Shown piece after piece: positions 38,978 through 51,420 of a stretch of 64,000 bases of DNA. This DNA comes from the human T2T-CHM13v2.0 reference genome, Homo sapiens: positions 3,968,001 through 4,032,000 of the forward strand of contig CP086569.2 of NCBI GenBank assembly GCA_009914755.4. Reading direction: 5' to 3'. The notes under the pieces are model-generated. The model made no database searches. It worked only from the letters and a program-made list of their open reading frames with translations, and was not told the DNA's origin. The translations under genes and the position numbers were made by a program. Each line of letters opens with the position of its first letter. Position 1 is the stretch's first letter.

Positions 38978-39674
38978 ACTTTTTTTTTTCTTAATAGGTT
39001 GGCAACTTTATTTGAATAAAAGGCTTTCACATTTAAATCACATAGTCTTTTCCAGATTCAAAAATGTGTGAAATGCCCTGTGCAACTTCTGTCTTTTGGA
39101 GCACGAAAGCTTAAGATGGTTATAAAATATAAATATGTGTTTTATATATATAAGCAAAAGCATAAAACTGTATTCAAGGATAGTGTAAAAAGTTGATAGA
39201 TACTAAAGAAAACATACAAAAATGAACCCTAGGTAGTAAAAACTTTGAAGAAGAAAAAAATTGCAGCATTTCCATCCATAAATTGTTCATTCACCAAAAT
39301 TTTTTAGAGACTATTAAAGGGCTTCTGGTTCAATAAGCAGACTTGTGTTTAAGTCTTTTTATCCTAAATTAGAAATACAATAAAGAATAGAGTTTCTTCT
39401 GTACAAAAAAGGGAAGACAGTTTTACTAACAGATCAGATACATAAAAAAAAAAAAAAATTGAAAGAATTCCAGAGCGCCTTCATGATCAGTGGCAGATAT
39501 GACAGAGATCAATAATAAAAAGTGGTGTTGAAATCTGGTGAATTGATTGAAACTGCATATGGAACAGCTGAGGCAGCCTATGACTCCATAGTTTTCTCTA
39601 AATGTGCAGAGAACTGTTAGCCTAGTTATCCCCAGGTAAAAAAGCATAGCATTTCTTTCTAAAAAAAATTGAAC

Positions 39675-39851
39675 TATCTGGGGAAAACAAAAGCTTCATT
39701 TATGGGTGCTGAAAATTCAGAATAAAATTCTTCTCATTCTGGCTGGCATGCAAGTTTTGAGGGGAGAGGGAGTGTTGGTGAGGCCACAGCCTGACATCCA
39801 GCTTCCCACTTTCTTCTAGTTAATTAAAATATAATACCTTATATACTATAC
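39675..39851 (+). repeat. Copy 1 of an unclassified 177-bp repeated segment (about 93% identical to 45989-46165)
   Basis: tatctggggaaaacaaaagcttcatttatgggtgctgaaaattcagaataaaattcttctcattctggctggcatgcaagttttgaggggagagggagtgttggtgaggccacagcctgacatccagcttcccactttcttctagttaattaaaatataataccttatatactatac. Confidence 0.8.
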
Positions 39852-40436
39852 TCATTAAATAAGCTACCAGTTTGATGTCATGCTCATATGAAAAATCAGA
39901 CTTAAAAAAGAATAGAGGGAAACCATACCAGCTACCTAGAATTTTCTTCTAAATATAAACAGACAATCACAGATCACTAGGAATAAAAAACAAACCTTCT
40001 GCATGAAAATAAAAGTTGAAATAATTAAAAAGTATACTCAGGTGAAACAGAAAATGTAAGAAAACTTTAAGAAAAAAGTCCATATGGAGAGCATTTTGAT
40101 AAGAATTTTAAATGTTGTTTAAAAATGTCAGAAATTAGAAAAATATTTTACCTCTTACAAATAGAATTTCCAGAATAAAACTTTAATAGAAAAGATTAAA
40201 AATAAGGTGGGAATCCCTTAAAATGTTAAGCATAAGGGCAAAGAGACAGAAAATATGAGAGAAAAGACTCATATATGATCACTGCATGAAGTCCAACATT
40301 TGATCAGTAAGAGTCATAGGACAGAGAAAAGGGAATACGTTCAAATAAAACAACATAAGATAATAAACCATATACCAAAAAAAAAAAAAAAACCTACTGC
40401 AGAGATGGAAAAATCTGAGCACAGAGCATATCAATT

Positions 40437-42490
40437 TTTTTATTAGTTTTTAAATTTTAAAAAAATTAATAATTTTTATTTTAAAATTTTACATTCAGGG
40501 AGTACATTTGCATGTTCCTTACATGGATATATTGCATAATGGTGGATATTGGGTTTCTAGCATACCAGTCACCAAAATAATGAACATTGTATTCAGTAGG
40601 TATGCTTTTAACACTCACCCCTCTCCTCCCCCATTTTGTAGTCCCCAGTATCTATCCCATTTTGTTTTAAATTGAGCTTATTTTGATCTTCCCTCTTCTT
40701 TTCTTGGTTAATCTTGCTAATGGTATAACAATTTTATTTATTTTTTCCAAGAACCATCTTTTTCTTTCATCTATCTTTTGTATTTGTTTGTTTGTTTCAA
40801 TTTCATTTAGTTCTTCTCTGATCTTGGTGATTTCTTTTCTTCTGCTGGGTCTGGGTTTGGTTTGTTCTTGTTTCTCTATTCCTTGAGGTATGACCTTAGA
40901 TTGTCTATTTGTGCTCTTTCAGCTTTTTTGATGTAGGCATTTAATGCTGTAAACTGCCCTTTTAGCACTGACTTCTATATCTCAGAGGTTTTTATAGGTT
41001 TTGTCACTATTATAATTCAGTTCAAATAATTTTTTAATTTCCCTCTTGATTCTATAGTTAACCCAAAGATCATTCAGGAACAGGTTATTTAATTTCCATG
41101 TATTTATGTTGTTTTGAAGATTCCTTTTGAAATTGATCTCCAATTTCATTCCACTGTGGTCTGAGAGAGTACTTAATATAATTTCATTTTTTAAAATTTA
41201 TTGTGACTTGTTTTGTGGCCTACCACATGGTCTGTCTTGGAGAAAGTTCCATACACTTACTTGTAGAATGTGTATTCTTCGGTTGGTGGGTGAAATGTTC
41301 TGTACATATTTGTTAAGTCTATTTGTTCTAGAGAATAGTTTAAATCCATTGTTTTTTGTTAACTTTCTACCTTGATGACCTGTCTAATGCTGTTAGTGGG
41401 GTATTGAAGTCCTTCACTATTATTTTGTTGCTATCTAACTCATTTCTTATGTCTGGTAGTAATTGTTTATAAATTTGGGATCTCCAGTGTTAGGTGCATA
41501 TACATTTAGGATTGTAATATTTTCCTGTTGGACAAGGCCTTTTATCATTAAACAATGTCCCTCTTTTTTTTGTAAATGTGGTTTCTTTAAAGTTTTTCTG
41601 TCTGATATAAGAATAGCTACTCTTGCTCACTTTTCGTGTCCATTTGCATGGAATGTCTTTTTCCACCCCTTTATGTTAAATTTATTTGTGTCCTTATGTG
41701 TTAGTGAATCTCTTGAAAGCAGAAGATACTTTGTTGGTGAATTCTTATCTATTCTGCCATTCTGTATCTTTTAAGTGGAGCATTTAGGCCATTTACATTC
41801 AAAGGCAGTATTGAGATGTTAGGTACTATTCCATTCATCATGCTATTTGTTGCCCGAATACCTTGGGTTTTTAAAAATTTATTTATTGTATTTTTATTTT
41901 ATAGATATTGTGAGATTAATGCCTTAAGGAGGTTCTGTTTTAATGTGTTTTTAGAATTTGTTTCAAGATTTAGATCTCCTCTTAGCAGTTCTTGCAGTGC
42001 TGGCTTGTTAGGGGCGAATTCTTTCAGCATTTGTTTGTCTAAAACAAACTGTGTCTTTCCTTCATTTATCAAGTTAGTTTCACTGGATACAAAATTCTTG
42101 GCTGATAATTGTTTTGTTTAAGGAGGTTGAAGATAGGACCCCAATCCCTTCTAGCTTGTAGGGTTTCTGCTGAGGAATCTGCTGTTAATCTGATAGGTTT
42201 TTCTTCATAGGTTACCTGGTGCTTTTGTTTTACACTCTTAAGATTCTTTCCTTCATCCTGACTTTAGATAACCTGATGATGTACCTAGATGATAACCTTT
42301 TTGCAATAAATTTTTCAGGTGTTCTTTGAGCTTCTTGTATTTGGATGTCTAGATCTCTAGCAAGGCCAGGGAAGATTTCCTCAATAATTCCCCCAAATAC
42401 ATTTTCCAAACTTCTATATTTCTCTTCTTCTTCAGGAACACCAATTATTCTTATGTTTGGCCATTTAACATAATCCCAAATTTCTTGGAG
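40437..42490 (-). mobile_element. L1 segment(s), antisense: a 3'-terminal about 250 bp with the A/T-rich tail in reverse complement (40437-40685), joined to ORF2 codons about 1-400 plus the ORF1 C-terminal half (40686-42490)
   Basis: The 40490-40680 region is the reverse complement of the L1 3' end (acactcacccctctcctcccccattttgtagtccccagtatctat). The 40690-40960 region is the reverse complement of ORF2 codons about 330-410 (ttaatcttgctaatggtataacaatttt...ggcatttaatgctgtaaactgccc). The minus-strand translation of 42230-42490 reads ..QEIWDYVKWPNIRIIGVPEEEEKYRSLENVFGGIIEEIFPGLARDLDIQIQEAQRTPEKFIAKRLSSRYIIRLSKVRMKERILR, the ORF1 C-terminal domain. The roughly 2.6 kb between ORF2 codon 400 and the 3' end is absent. 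Confidence 0.75.
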
Positions 42491-42492
42491 CC

Positions 42493-45400
42493 TTTGGCTA
42501 CAAAAGGTATTAAATAACCACACAACAGTAGTGGGAGACTTTAATGTCCCACTGACAGTGTTAAACAAATCACCAAGGCATAAAACTACCAAAGGAACTT
42601 TAGATTCAAATAGGAAAGTAGATAAATTGAACCTAATAGAAATATACAGAACACACCACCCAACAACCATAGAATATATTTTCTTCTCATCTGCACATGG
42701 AACATATTCTAAGACTAACCTCATGCTCTGTCATAAAGCAAACTTCAATAAATTTAAAAAAAACTGAAATTATACCAAGTATACTCTTGAACCACTGTGC
42801 AATAAAAATGGAAATCAATATCAATAAGATCTCTCAAAACTACATAAGTACATAGAAATTAAACTACTTACTCCTCAAAAACTCCTCGGTGAACAAAATT
42901 CATTAAGAAATAAAAAATATTCTATAAAATTAATGCAAATAGGGACACAATTGACTGAAATCTCTGGGATGTAGCCAAAGCAGTGTTAAGACAAAAGTTT
43001 ACAGACTAAACACTTTCCTCAAGTAGTTAGAAAAGTTTCAAATTACCAGTGTAAGTTTGTACCTAAAGGAATTAGGAAAAAAAAAGTACAAACCAACCCA
43101 AAGGTAGTAGAAAAAGACACATTAAAATTAGAGAAAAACTGAATGAAATAGAGATGCCAAAATTCATACGAAAGATCATTGAAACCAATAGTTGGTTATT
43201 TAGAGAAATAAACAAGATTATAGACCCATAACAAGATTAAAAAAGAAAAAGAAAGATAAGATACAAAGCACAATCAGCATTGACAAAGGTAATATTACAA
43301 CTGACTTCACAGAAATACAAAAGATCCTCAGAGACTGCTAGGAACAATTCTATGCACACAAATTGGAAAATCTAGAAGAGATGTATACATTTCTAGAACC
43401 ACACACACTGCCAAGATTTTTTCAGGAAGAGATTAAAACCCTGAACAGAACAATGTAAACTTCTGAAATGCAAGCAATAATAAAGAACCTGTTAACCAAA
43501 AAAAAAAAAAAAAAAAAAAACCCTGAACCAGATAGATTCACAGCTAAATTCTAACAGTAGAACAAAGAAAAATAGACACAAAACCTAGTGAAATAATTCC
43601 AAAACAAAATGAGGAGTAGGGGCTTTTCCTTAACTAATTCTGTGAAGCCAGCATTATCCTGATACCAAAATATGACAGAGCCACTAAAATAAACTAAAGA
43701 ACAAAACAAAACAACAAAAAAAACTTCAGACCAATATCTGTCATTAACATAAATGCAAAAATATTTAAGAAAATACCAGCAAATGGAATACAGTAACCCA
43801 TCAAAAAGTTTACATACCACAGGCAAGTAAGCTTTATTCTTGGAATGCAAGGCTAGTTCAATCTATGCAAATCAATAAACGTGATTCACCACATAAACAA
43901 AATTAAATATAAAAACCATATGATTATTTCAAAAGACAAAGAAACTTCTTTTGATAAAATTCAAAATCAATTCATGATAAAAACTCTCAACATATTAGGC
44001 ATCAAAGGAACATATCTCAAAATAATGAGAGCCATCTATGACAAATACACAATTAACATCACATTGAATGGGCAAAAACTTGAACAATTTCCCTTAAGAA
44101 CTGAAACAAGATAAGGATACTCACTTTTGCCACACCTATTCAACATAATACTAAAAGTCCTAGCCAGAACAATCAGGCAAGATAAATAAATGAAAGACAT
44201 CCAAACTGGAAAATATGAAGTTAAACTATTTATCTGCAGATGATATAATTATATACCTAGAAAATCCTAAAGACTCTGCCAAAATATTCCCAAAATTGAT
44301 AATTGACTTTAGTAAAATTTCAGGACACAAAATCAATGTACAAATCTAATTATTATTTTTGTACACCAAAAACATCCAGGCTGAGAGTGAAATCAAGAAC
44401 ACAATCTCACCTATGAAAGTGACAAAGAAAATTAAATGCCTAGTAATATAGCAAACTAAGGAAGTTAAAGATCTCTACAAGGGAGCTACAAAACCCTGCT
44501 GAAAAAATCAAAGATGATACAACTAAATAGAGAAACATTCCATCCTTGTAGATTGAAGAATCAATATTATAAAAAATTGTCATATGGACCAAAGCAATTT
44601 ACAGATTCAATGTTATTCCTATAAAACTACCAATGTCCTTCTTTAAGGAATTAGAGAAAACTGTTCTAAAATGCATATGAAACAAAAAACCCAAATAGAC
44701 AAAAGAATCCTAAGTGAATGAATAAAGTCAGAGGCATCACATTACCTAACTTTAAGTATTTTATAAAACCACAGTAACGAAAACAGCTTGATACTGGTAT
44801 GAAAGCAGACACATAAATGAATGGAAAAAAAAAAAGATAGAAACCTCAAAAATAAAGTTGCACACTTACAACCATCTGATCTTTGACAAGGCCAACAAAG
44901 ATAAGTAATATCGAAATAACTCCCCATTCAACAAATGGTGCTGGGATAACAGGTTAGGAGATTGAAGCTCGACCCCTACTTTTATCATATACAAAATTTA
45001 ACTCAATATGGAATAAAACTTTAAATGTAATACTTCCAAATATAAAAATCCTTAAAGACAAACTAGGAAATACTCTTGTCGACATCAGCCTTGGCAAATA
45101 ATTTTTGGCTGTCCCCAAAAGCAATTGCAACAAGAATAAAAATAGACTAGGACTTAATTAAACTAAACAGCTTCTGCATAGCAAAAGAAACAACAGAGAA
45201 AACAGACAACCTACAGAATAAGAGAATATATTTATAAACTATGCATTTTACAAAGGCCTCACATCCATAATCTGCAGAGAACTTAAACAAATCAACAAGC
45301 AAAAACCAAATAACGACATTTAAAAATGGGCAAAAAACATGAGCAGACATTTTTCAATAGAAGACATGCAAGTGGCCAACAAACATATAAAAAAAGTTCA

Positions 45401-46350
45401 GCATCACTAATCATGATAGAAATGCAAGTCAAAACGACAATGAGATATTATCTGACACCAGTTAAAATAGCTATTACTAAAATGTTAAAAATCAACAGAT
45501 ACTGCCAAGGTTGTGAAGAAAATGGAATGCTTATACAGTATTGGTGAAAATGCAAATTAGTCCAGCCACTTTGGAAAGCAATTTGGATATTTCTCCCCAA
45601 AATTAAAACAGAGCAACCATTTGATCCAGCAATCCCATTACTGAGTATATTTCCAAAAGAAAATAAATCTTTCTACCAAAATGACACATGCACTGATATG
45701 TTTATCACTACACTATTCAGAATAGCAAAGACATGGAATCAATCCAGGTGTTCCTCAATGGTAGGTAAGATAGATAAAACTTGGTACATATAAACTGTGA
45801 AATACTATTCAGCCATAAAAATAGTGAAATCATGTTATTTGCAAGAACATGGATGGAGCTGGAAGCTATAACGCTAAGCAAAGTGATGTATGAACAGAAA
45901 ACCAAAAACCCCATGTCCTCACTTATAAATGGGAACTAAGCTTTGAGCACACATGAACATAAATGTAGGAACAATTAACACTGTAGACCATCTGGGGAAA
46001 ACAAAGGCTTCATTTATGGGTGTTGAAAACTCAGAATAAAATTCTTCTCTTTCTGGCTGGCATGCAAGTTTTGAGGAGAGAGGGAGAGTTGGTGAGGCCA
46101 CAGCCTGACATCCAGCTTCCAACTTTCTCATAGTTAATTAAAATATAAGACCTTAAATACTATACAGAAATACTAGTAGAAAGTGGAGGGAGAAGGAGTG
46201 GGTTAAAAAATTACCAATTGGATGCTATGGCCTTAAGAGGGTGACAGGATCCATAATACAAATCTCTGCATAATTCAATATTCCTAAGTAACAAATCTGC
46301 ACATGTACACCCTGTATCTAAAGTAAAAGTTGAAACAGAAACAAAAAGCA
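42493..46350 (+). mobile_element. Old L1 (L1PB/L1MA-like), 5'-truncated within the ORF2 endonuclease domain (about codon 170), running to the 3'UTR end. It abuts the antisense L1 head to head.
   Basis: ORF 42531..42767 reads GDFNVPLTVLNKSPRHKTTKGTLDSNRKVDKLNLIEIYRTHHPTTIEYIFFSSAHGTYSKTNLMLCHKANFNKFKK, the L1 EN domain. ORF 43881..44114 reads ..[66 protein letters not shown], the RT domain. ORF 45326..45547 gives the C-terminal region. The 3'UTR ends ..gcacatgtacaccctgtatctaaagtaaaagttgaaacagaaac. A poly(A)24 lies inside the element at 43498-43521. The 177-bp segment of copy 2 is inserted in the 3'UTR. Confidence 0.8.
45989..46165 (+). repeat. Copy 2 of the unclassified 177-bp repeated segment, inserted in the L1 3'UTR
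   Basis: catctggggaaaacaaaggcttcatttatgggtgttgaaaactcagaataaaattcttctctttctggctggcatgcaagttttgaggagagagggagagttggtgaggccacagcctgacatccagcttccaactttctcatagttaattaaaatataagaccttaaatactatac. The L1 3'UTR consensus is contiguous across this point: ..aacactgtagac | insert | agaaatactagtagaaagtggaggg. Confidence 0.8.
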
Positions 46351-46431
46351 CTTTGATAATTGCCAAAATGGAAGTTTGTATGTGGGATAGTAGCACTATA
46401 ACTCAAAGCCACAGAGAAAAGGGAATACTTA

Positions 46432-46726
<295 letters not shown>

Positions 46727-46789
46727 CTATAGCAATGACCACTATGAATTTCAGTGGTCAAAAGGCACCAATTAAAAGATAGAGATTTT

Positions 46790-49700
46790 TAGAGTGGATC
46801 AAAAATAAGTCCAGACTATATGTTTTCTATGAGAAGCCCACATTAAATATAAAGACCCATAGAGAAAATGAATGGATGGAGAAAAATGTGCTATGCTAAC
46901 ACTAATCAAAGAATGGAGAAAAATACACTATGCTAACACTAATCAAAGGAAAGTAGGAGTAGCTACATTAATTTCCAACAGAGTATTTCCTTCAAATGAA
47001 GGAAAATTATTAGGGATAAAGAAGGGCACTGTATAATAAAGGTGTCAACTTTCCAAGGAGAAATAACAATTGTTAACATATATACACCTCACAACAGAAT
47101 GTCAAGTTAAGTGAGGCAAAAACTATTAGAACTGCAAGGAGAAATGGATAAATTCACTAAGATAGTTGGAGATTTCAACAAATCTCTATCAGAAATGAAC
47201 AGATCCAGCAGGCACAAAATGATTAGAAACATAGTTGAACTCACAATACCATCATTCAACTGGAAATAATAGACATCTATAAACTACTTTATTTTAAAAC
47301 AGAACACAATATTCTCAAGCTCACATGGAACATTCATCAAGATAGGGTACATTCTGGCCATAAAAGATATCTTAATACATTTAAAATATTATTTAAAATA
47401 ATAGAAACCATACAATGGTTACTACAATAATAGTAAGAGCAGACAGAGATGTAATTGAAAAGAAGTCAATAAAACGACAGACCAATGCCTCTCATAAACA
47501 CACGTGCAAAAATTCTCTACAAAATACTAGCAAATTGAATCTAACTATATATAAAAATAGAAGTATGTACCACAATCAAGTGGGATTTATTTTCAGTTTA
47601 GCAAGGCTGGTTCAACACCTGAAAATCAATTAATGTAATCTATCATATCAACAGGCTAAAAAATAAAATCACATGGAAATACATATAGATTCAGAAAATG
47701 CATTTGACAAAATCCAACAACCATTCATGATAAAAAAAAATTTGGTAAACTCAGAATAGAGGATAATTTTATCAATTTGATAAAGAATGTCTCAAAAATT
47801 TCCACAGATAACATCATATTAATGATGATAAACTGGAAGCTTTCCCACTAATATCAAGAACAAGGCAAGATGTCTCATCTTACCACCCCTTTTCATTGTT
47901 TTTCTGAAAGTTCTTGATAATGCAATAAAACAAGTAAAGGAAATAAAATGTATATGGATTGAGAAGAAAGAAATAAAACTGTCTTTGTTAACAGATAATA
48001 TAATCATCTATGTAGAAAATCTGAAACAATTGACCAAAAAAAATTAGGACTAATAATCAATTATAGCAAGGTTTCACAATAAAGGGTTAATGTACAAAAG
48101 TCAGTCGCTTTCTTATATGCTAGTAATGAACAAGTAGAATCTGAAAGTAAAATCATAGTGTCATTTATATTCACAGCCAAAATAACAAACTCTTAGGTGT
48201 ACATTTAAAACTATATGGAAGATCTATATGAGAAAAATCTTTAAAAACTCATTTGAATGAAATCAAAGAACTCAATAAATGGAGAGATACTTCATGTTTT
48301 TGGATAGAAAGGCTCAATGTTGTCAAAATGTCACTTATTCCCAACTTGAATTGGGATTCAATGCAATCCTAATCAAAATCTTAGCAAGTTATTTCGTGGG
48401 TATCAACAAACTTATTTTAAAGTGTATACGATGAGGCAAAGGACTCAGTAATAGTTGACAAAATATTGAAGGAAAATAACAAATTTGTAAGACTGACACT
48501 ACCTCATTTCAAGACTCATTGTAAAGATACAATAATCAAGACAATATGGTATTGGGCAAAGAACAGAGAAATAGATCAATGGCAAAGAAGATAAAGCCCA
48601 TAAATATAGTCAACTGAACTATGGCAAAGGAGCCAATGCAATACAGTAGAGCAAGGGCTGTCTTTCAACAAATGAGTCTGGAACAACTAGATAGCCACAT
48701 GAAAAATTGAACTCAAAATGAATCATAGACTCAAAAGTAAAATGCAAAACTATGAAACTCCTAGAAGATAACATAGAAGAAACCTATTTGACCTTGGGTA
48801 TGGTGATGACTTTTCATATACAACACTAAAGGCACAATCCAAAAAAGAAAGAATTAGTAAACTCTTGGAATCATTACAATTTAAAACTTCTGCTCTATGA
48901 TAGACAATGTCAAGAGAATGAGAAGTCAAACTACATACTGAGAGAAGATATTTGCAAATGACATATCTGATTAAGGACTGTTTTCCAAACTATGCAAAGA
49001 ACTCTTAGAACTCAAAAATAAGAAAAACAAACAACCTGACTGAAAAACAAGCTGGACTTTGACAGTTCACCAGATAACATATACAGATGGCAACAAGCAT
49101 ATGAAATCATGTTCCAAATCATATGACATTAAGGAAATAAAAATTATAAAAACAATGAGATACCATTACATACCTATCAATGTGACCAAAATCTGAAACA
49201 CTGACAATATAAAATACTAGTGAGGATGTGAAACAACAGGAACTGTCATTTGTTACTGTTCGGAATAAAAAATGTTACAGCCCTATTGGTGGACAATTTT
49301 TTATAAAACTAAACATATTCTTACCATACTATCCAGCAATTATGCTCATTGGTATTGATCTCAATGAGTTGCAAACGTATGTCCACAAAAAGTCTTGCAC
49401 AAGGATGTTTATAACAGCTTTATTCATGGCTGCCAAAAGATTGAAGAAATGAGGATGTCCTTCAGGAGGTGACCGAATAAAGTGTGGTACATCAAGACAC
49501 AGAATATTATTATTACTAAAAAGAAATGAGCTATCAAACCATAAAAATAAATAGAGTAATTCTTAAATGCACATTGCTAAGTGAAAGAAGCCAATATTAG
49601 AAGGCTACATACTATCTGATTCCAACTACATGACGTTTTAGAAGAGGCAAAACTATGAAGACAGTAAAAAAATTAGTGCTTTAGTGGTTTTGGATAAAGA

Positions 49701-50030
49701 AGAATGAATGAACAGAGCACAGAAGATTTTTAGGGGAGTGAAAATCTGTATGATCCTATAAAGAGGGATACATGTCATTATATAATTTTCCAAATCTGTA
49801 AAATGTATAATACCAAGAGTGAAGTCTAAGGTAAACTATGAACTTTGGGTATTTACAATGTGTCAATGTAGCTTCATCAGTTGTAACAAATGTACCACTC
49901 TGGCGGGGGATATTGATAATGGGGGAGGCTTTGCATGTTTGAAAGAAGGGGTACATGAGAAATATCTCTACCTTCTTCTCAGTTTTCCAGCAAACCTAAA
50001 ACTGCTTTAAAAACATCTTAAAAGATAAAA
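46790..50030 (+). mobile_element. Ancient L1 (L1M-type, MB/MC-like): ORF2 from near the EN domain to the end, plus the typical L1M 3' terminus
   Basis: The EN domain reads ..TFQGEITIVNIYTPHNRMS..EMDKFTKIVGDFNKSLSEMNRSSRHKMIRNIVELT. RT and C-terminal remnants are degenerate. The 3' end reads gttgtaacaaatgtaccactctggcgggggatattgataatgggggaggctttgcatgtttgaaagaaggggtacatgagaaatatctctaccttc..cagttttccagcaaacctaaaactgctttaaaaa, as is characteristic of L1M 3' ends. An internal 37-bp tandem duplication lies at 46882-46958. Confidence 0.75.
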
Positions 50031-50388
50031 AAGAGGAGGAAGTGATTTATAATGAAGGAGGAAAATGAGGGAGAATCAGGAAAGATTTCCTAGATCAGTG
50101 AATTGAACCATAAAAGAGATTAAATGGAAGAAATGGCAGGGTAGGGTAATAGGAACAATTCACTGTAAGGTTGTAAGGTAACGTTATGAAGAAATGCACC
50201 TACAGAGTATACTTAAATAGTTAGTGGCAACTTGTGGCTGGAATGGAGAATGTACTGCAATGAGATGGAGTAGTGTGAATGACAGCAGCAGCAAGTGTTG
50301 CAGAGAGCCCAGTGAGAGTGAAAACATTTTAAAAAATGATTAAATATTGTGTGTAAGGAATCATCAGAGACCTTACAGAAAACACCTT

Positions 50389-50446
50389 CAGTAGTGTGGG
50401 AGGTTATGGACGTGAAGCCAGTAGTGTGGGAGGTTATGGATGTGAA
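50389..50446. repeat. Tandem duplication, about 29 bp in two copies
   Basis: cagtagtgtgggaggttatggacgtgaagc is followed by cagtagtgtgggaggttatggatgtgaagc. Confidence 0.85.
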
Positions 50447-51373
50447 GCCAAAGGTATAATGCAGTGCAGGTTTCTCTCCTAAGATGTGTTGCAATGGAAG
50501 GAAGAGGGGAAGTGCATAACTTTAGCATCCACTAGTGTTAAGAAGATTACTTTAAAACATTTTTAAGATGAAATAACAGGAGCATACTTGTAGCACAAGG
50601 AAGGGACTGATAAGGAGAGAGTAATTAAAAGTGCAAGAGAAGAGGATAATTGCCAGATAAATGTTTCTGAAGAGACAGGAATGAGTCCAAATAAGTGGTT
50701 CTGCACACATTATCCAGTAGGATCTCACTTCATAATTTCCTTAGTAGGGATTCTCTCTTTACCAAATTATGCACAGTTTACCAGAAAGTTAAAATTATAG
50801 GGTAATTTCAATGTCTATTTTTATATTGCCTTTCCTTAATTTTAGGATTCTTACATTTTAAGATGTCTTATTTATTTGTCATTGTATTAGGTGTGCCTGG
50901 AGAAATTAAGTTAACCCATCATGTAAATTATATGTTCATATATAGTACACACTAAAATACAAATAGATAATTTCCACAGTAGTAAATGTTTGTTTCCTTG
51001 TTACTAGAAGCTCAAAGAGCATTGACTGGCGTACAGGCAAACTGCTGACTGCAACTGTTGCACATTTTCTAAGATAGAGAACATTAGCAAAGTTAGCATA
51101 GACATCGTGTTTAGCTAATAAATGAAGAAATCATACAAGTATTTCAAAATAATAATTGGTGTCCGCCACAGAGCCCATAACATCACCAAGATTTATGCTT
51201 GCTATTCTCTGATCCTTCTGCTGTGCATGCTGTGACTTAGGAATTATTTGTATGTGGGTAATGACAACATTTAGCCTCTCACACAGAAGCTCAGTAATTG
51301 TGCTAATGGTAGTGATGAGTCCATCCCTCTAAATTCAGAAGTTGAAGACTATGTTGCAAGAAATGCTAAAAGG

Positions 51374-51420
51374 TGGGCGACAGAGCGAGACTCCGTCTCA
51401 AAAAAAAAAAAAAAAAAAAA
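51374..51420 (+). repeat. Alu 3'-terminal remnant (about 25 nt) plus (A)26
   Basis: gcgacagagcgagactccgtctc followed by a 26-nt A run. Confidence 0.6.

Noticed and set aside
42230-42724. 164-aa ORF on the minus strand
   Set aside because: It is a chimeric frame that reads across the head-to-head junction of two L1 segments. Its C-terminal part is the genuine L1 ORF1 C-terminal domain (antisense L1), and its N-terminal part is the reverse strand of the sense L1 EN region. It is not a gene.
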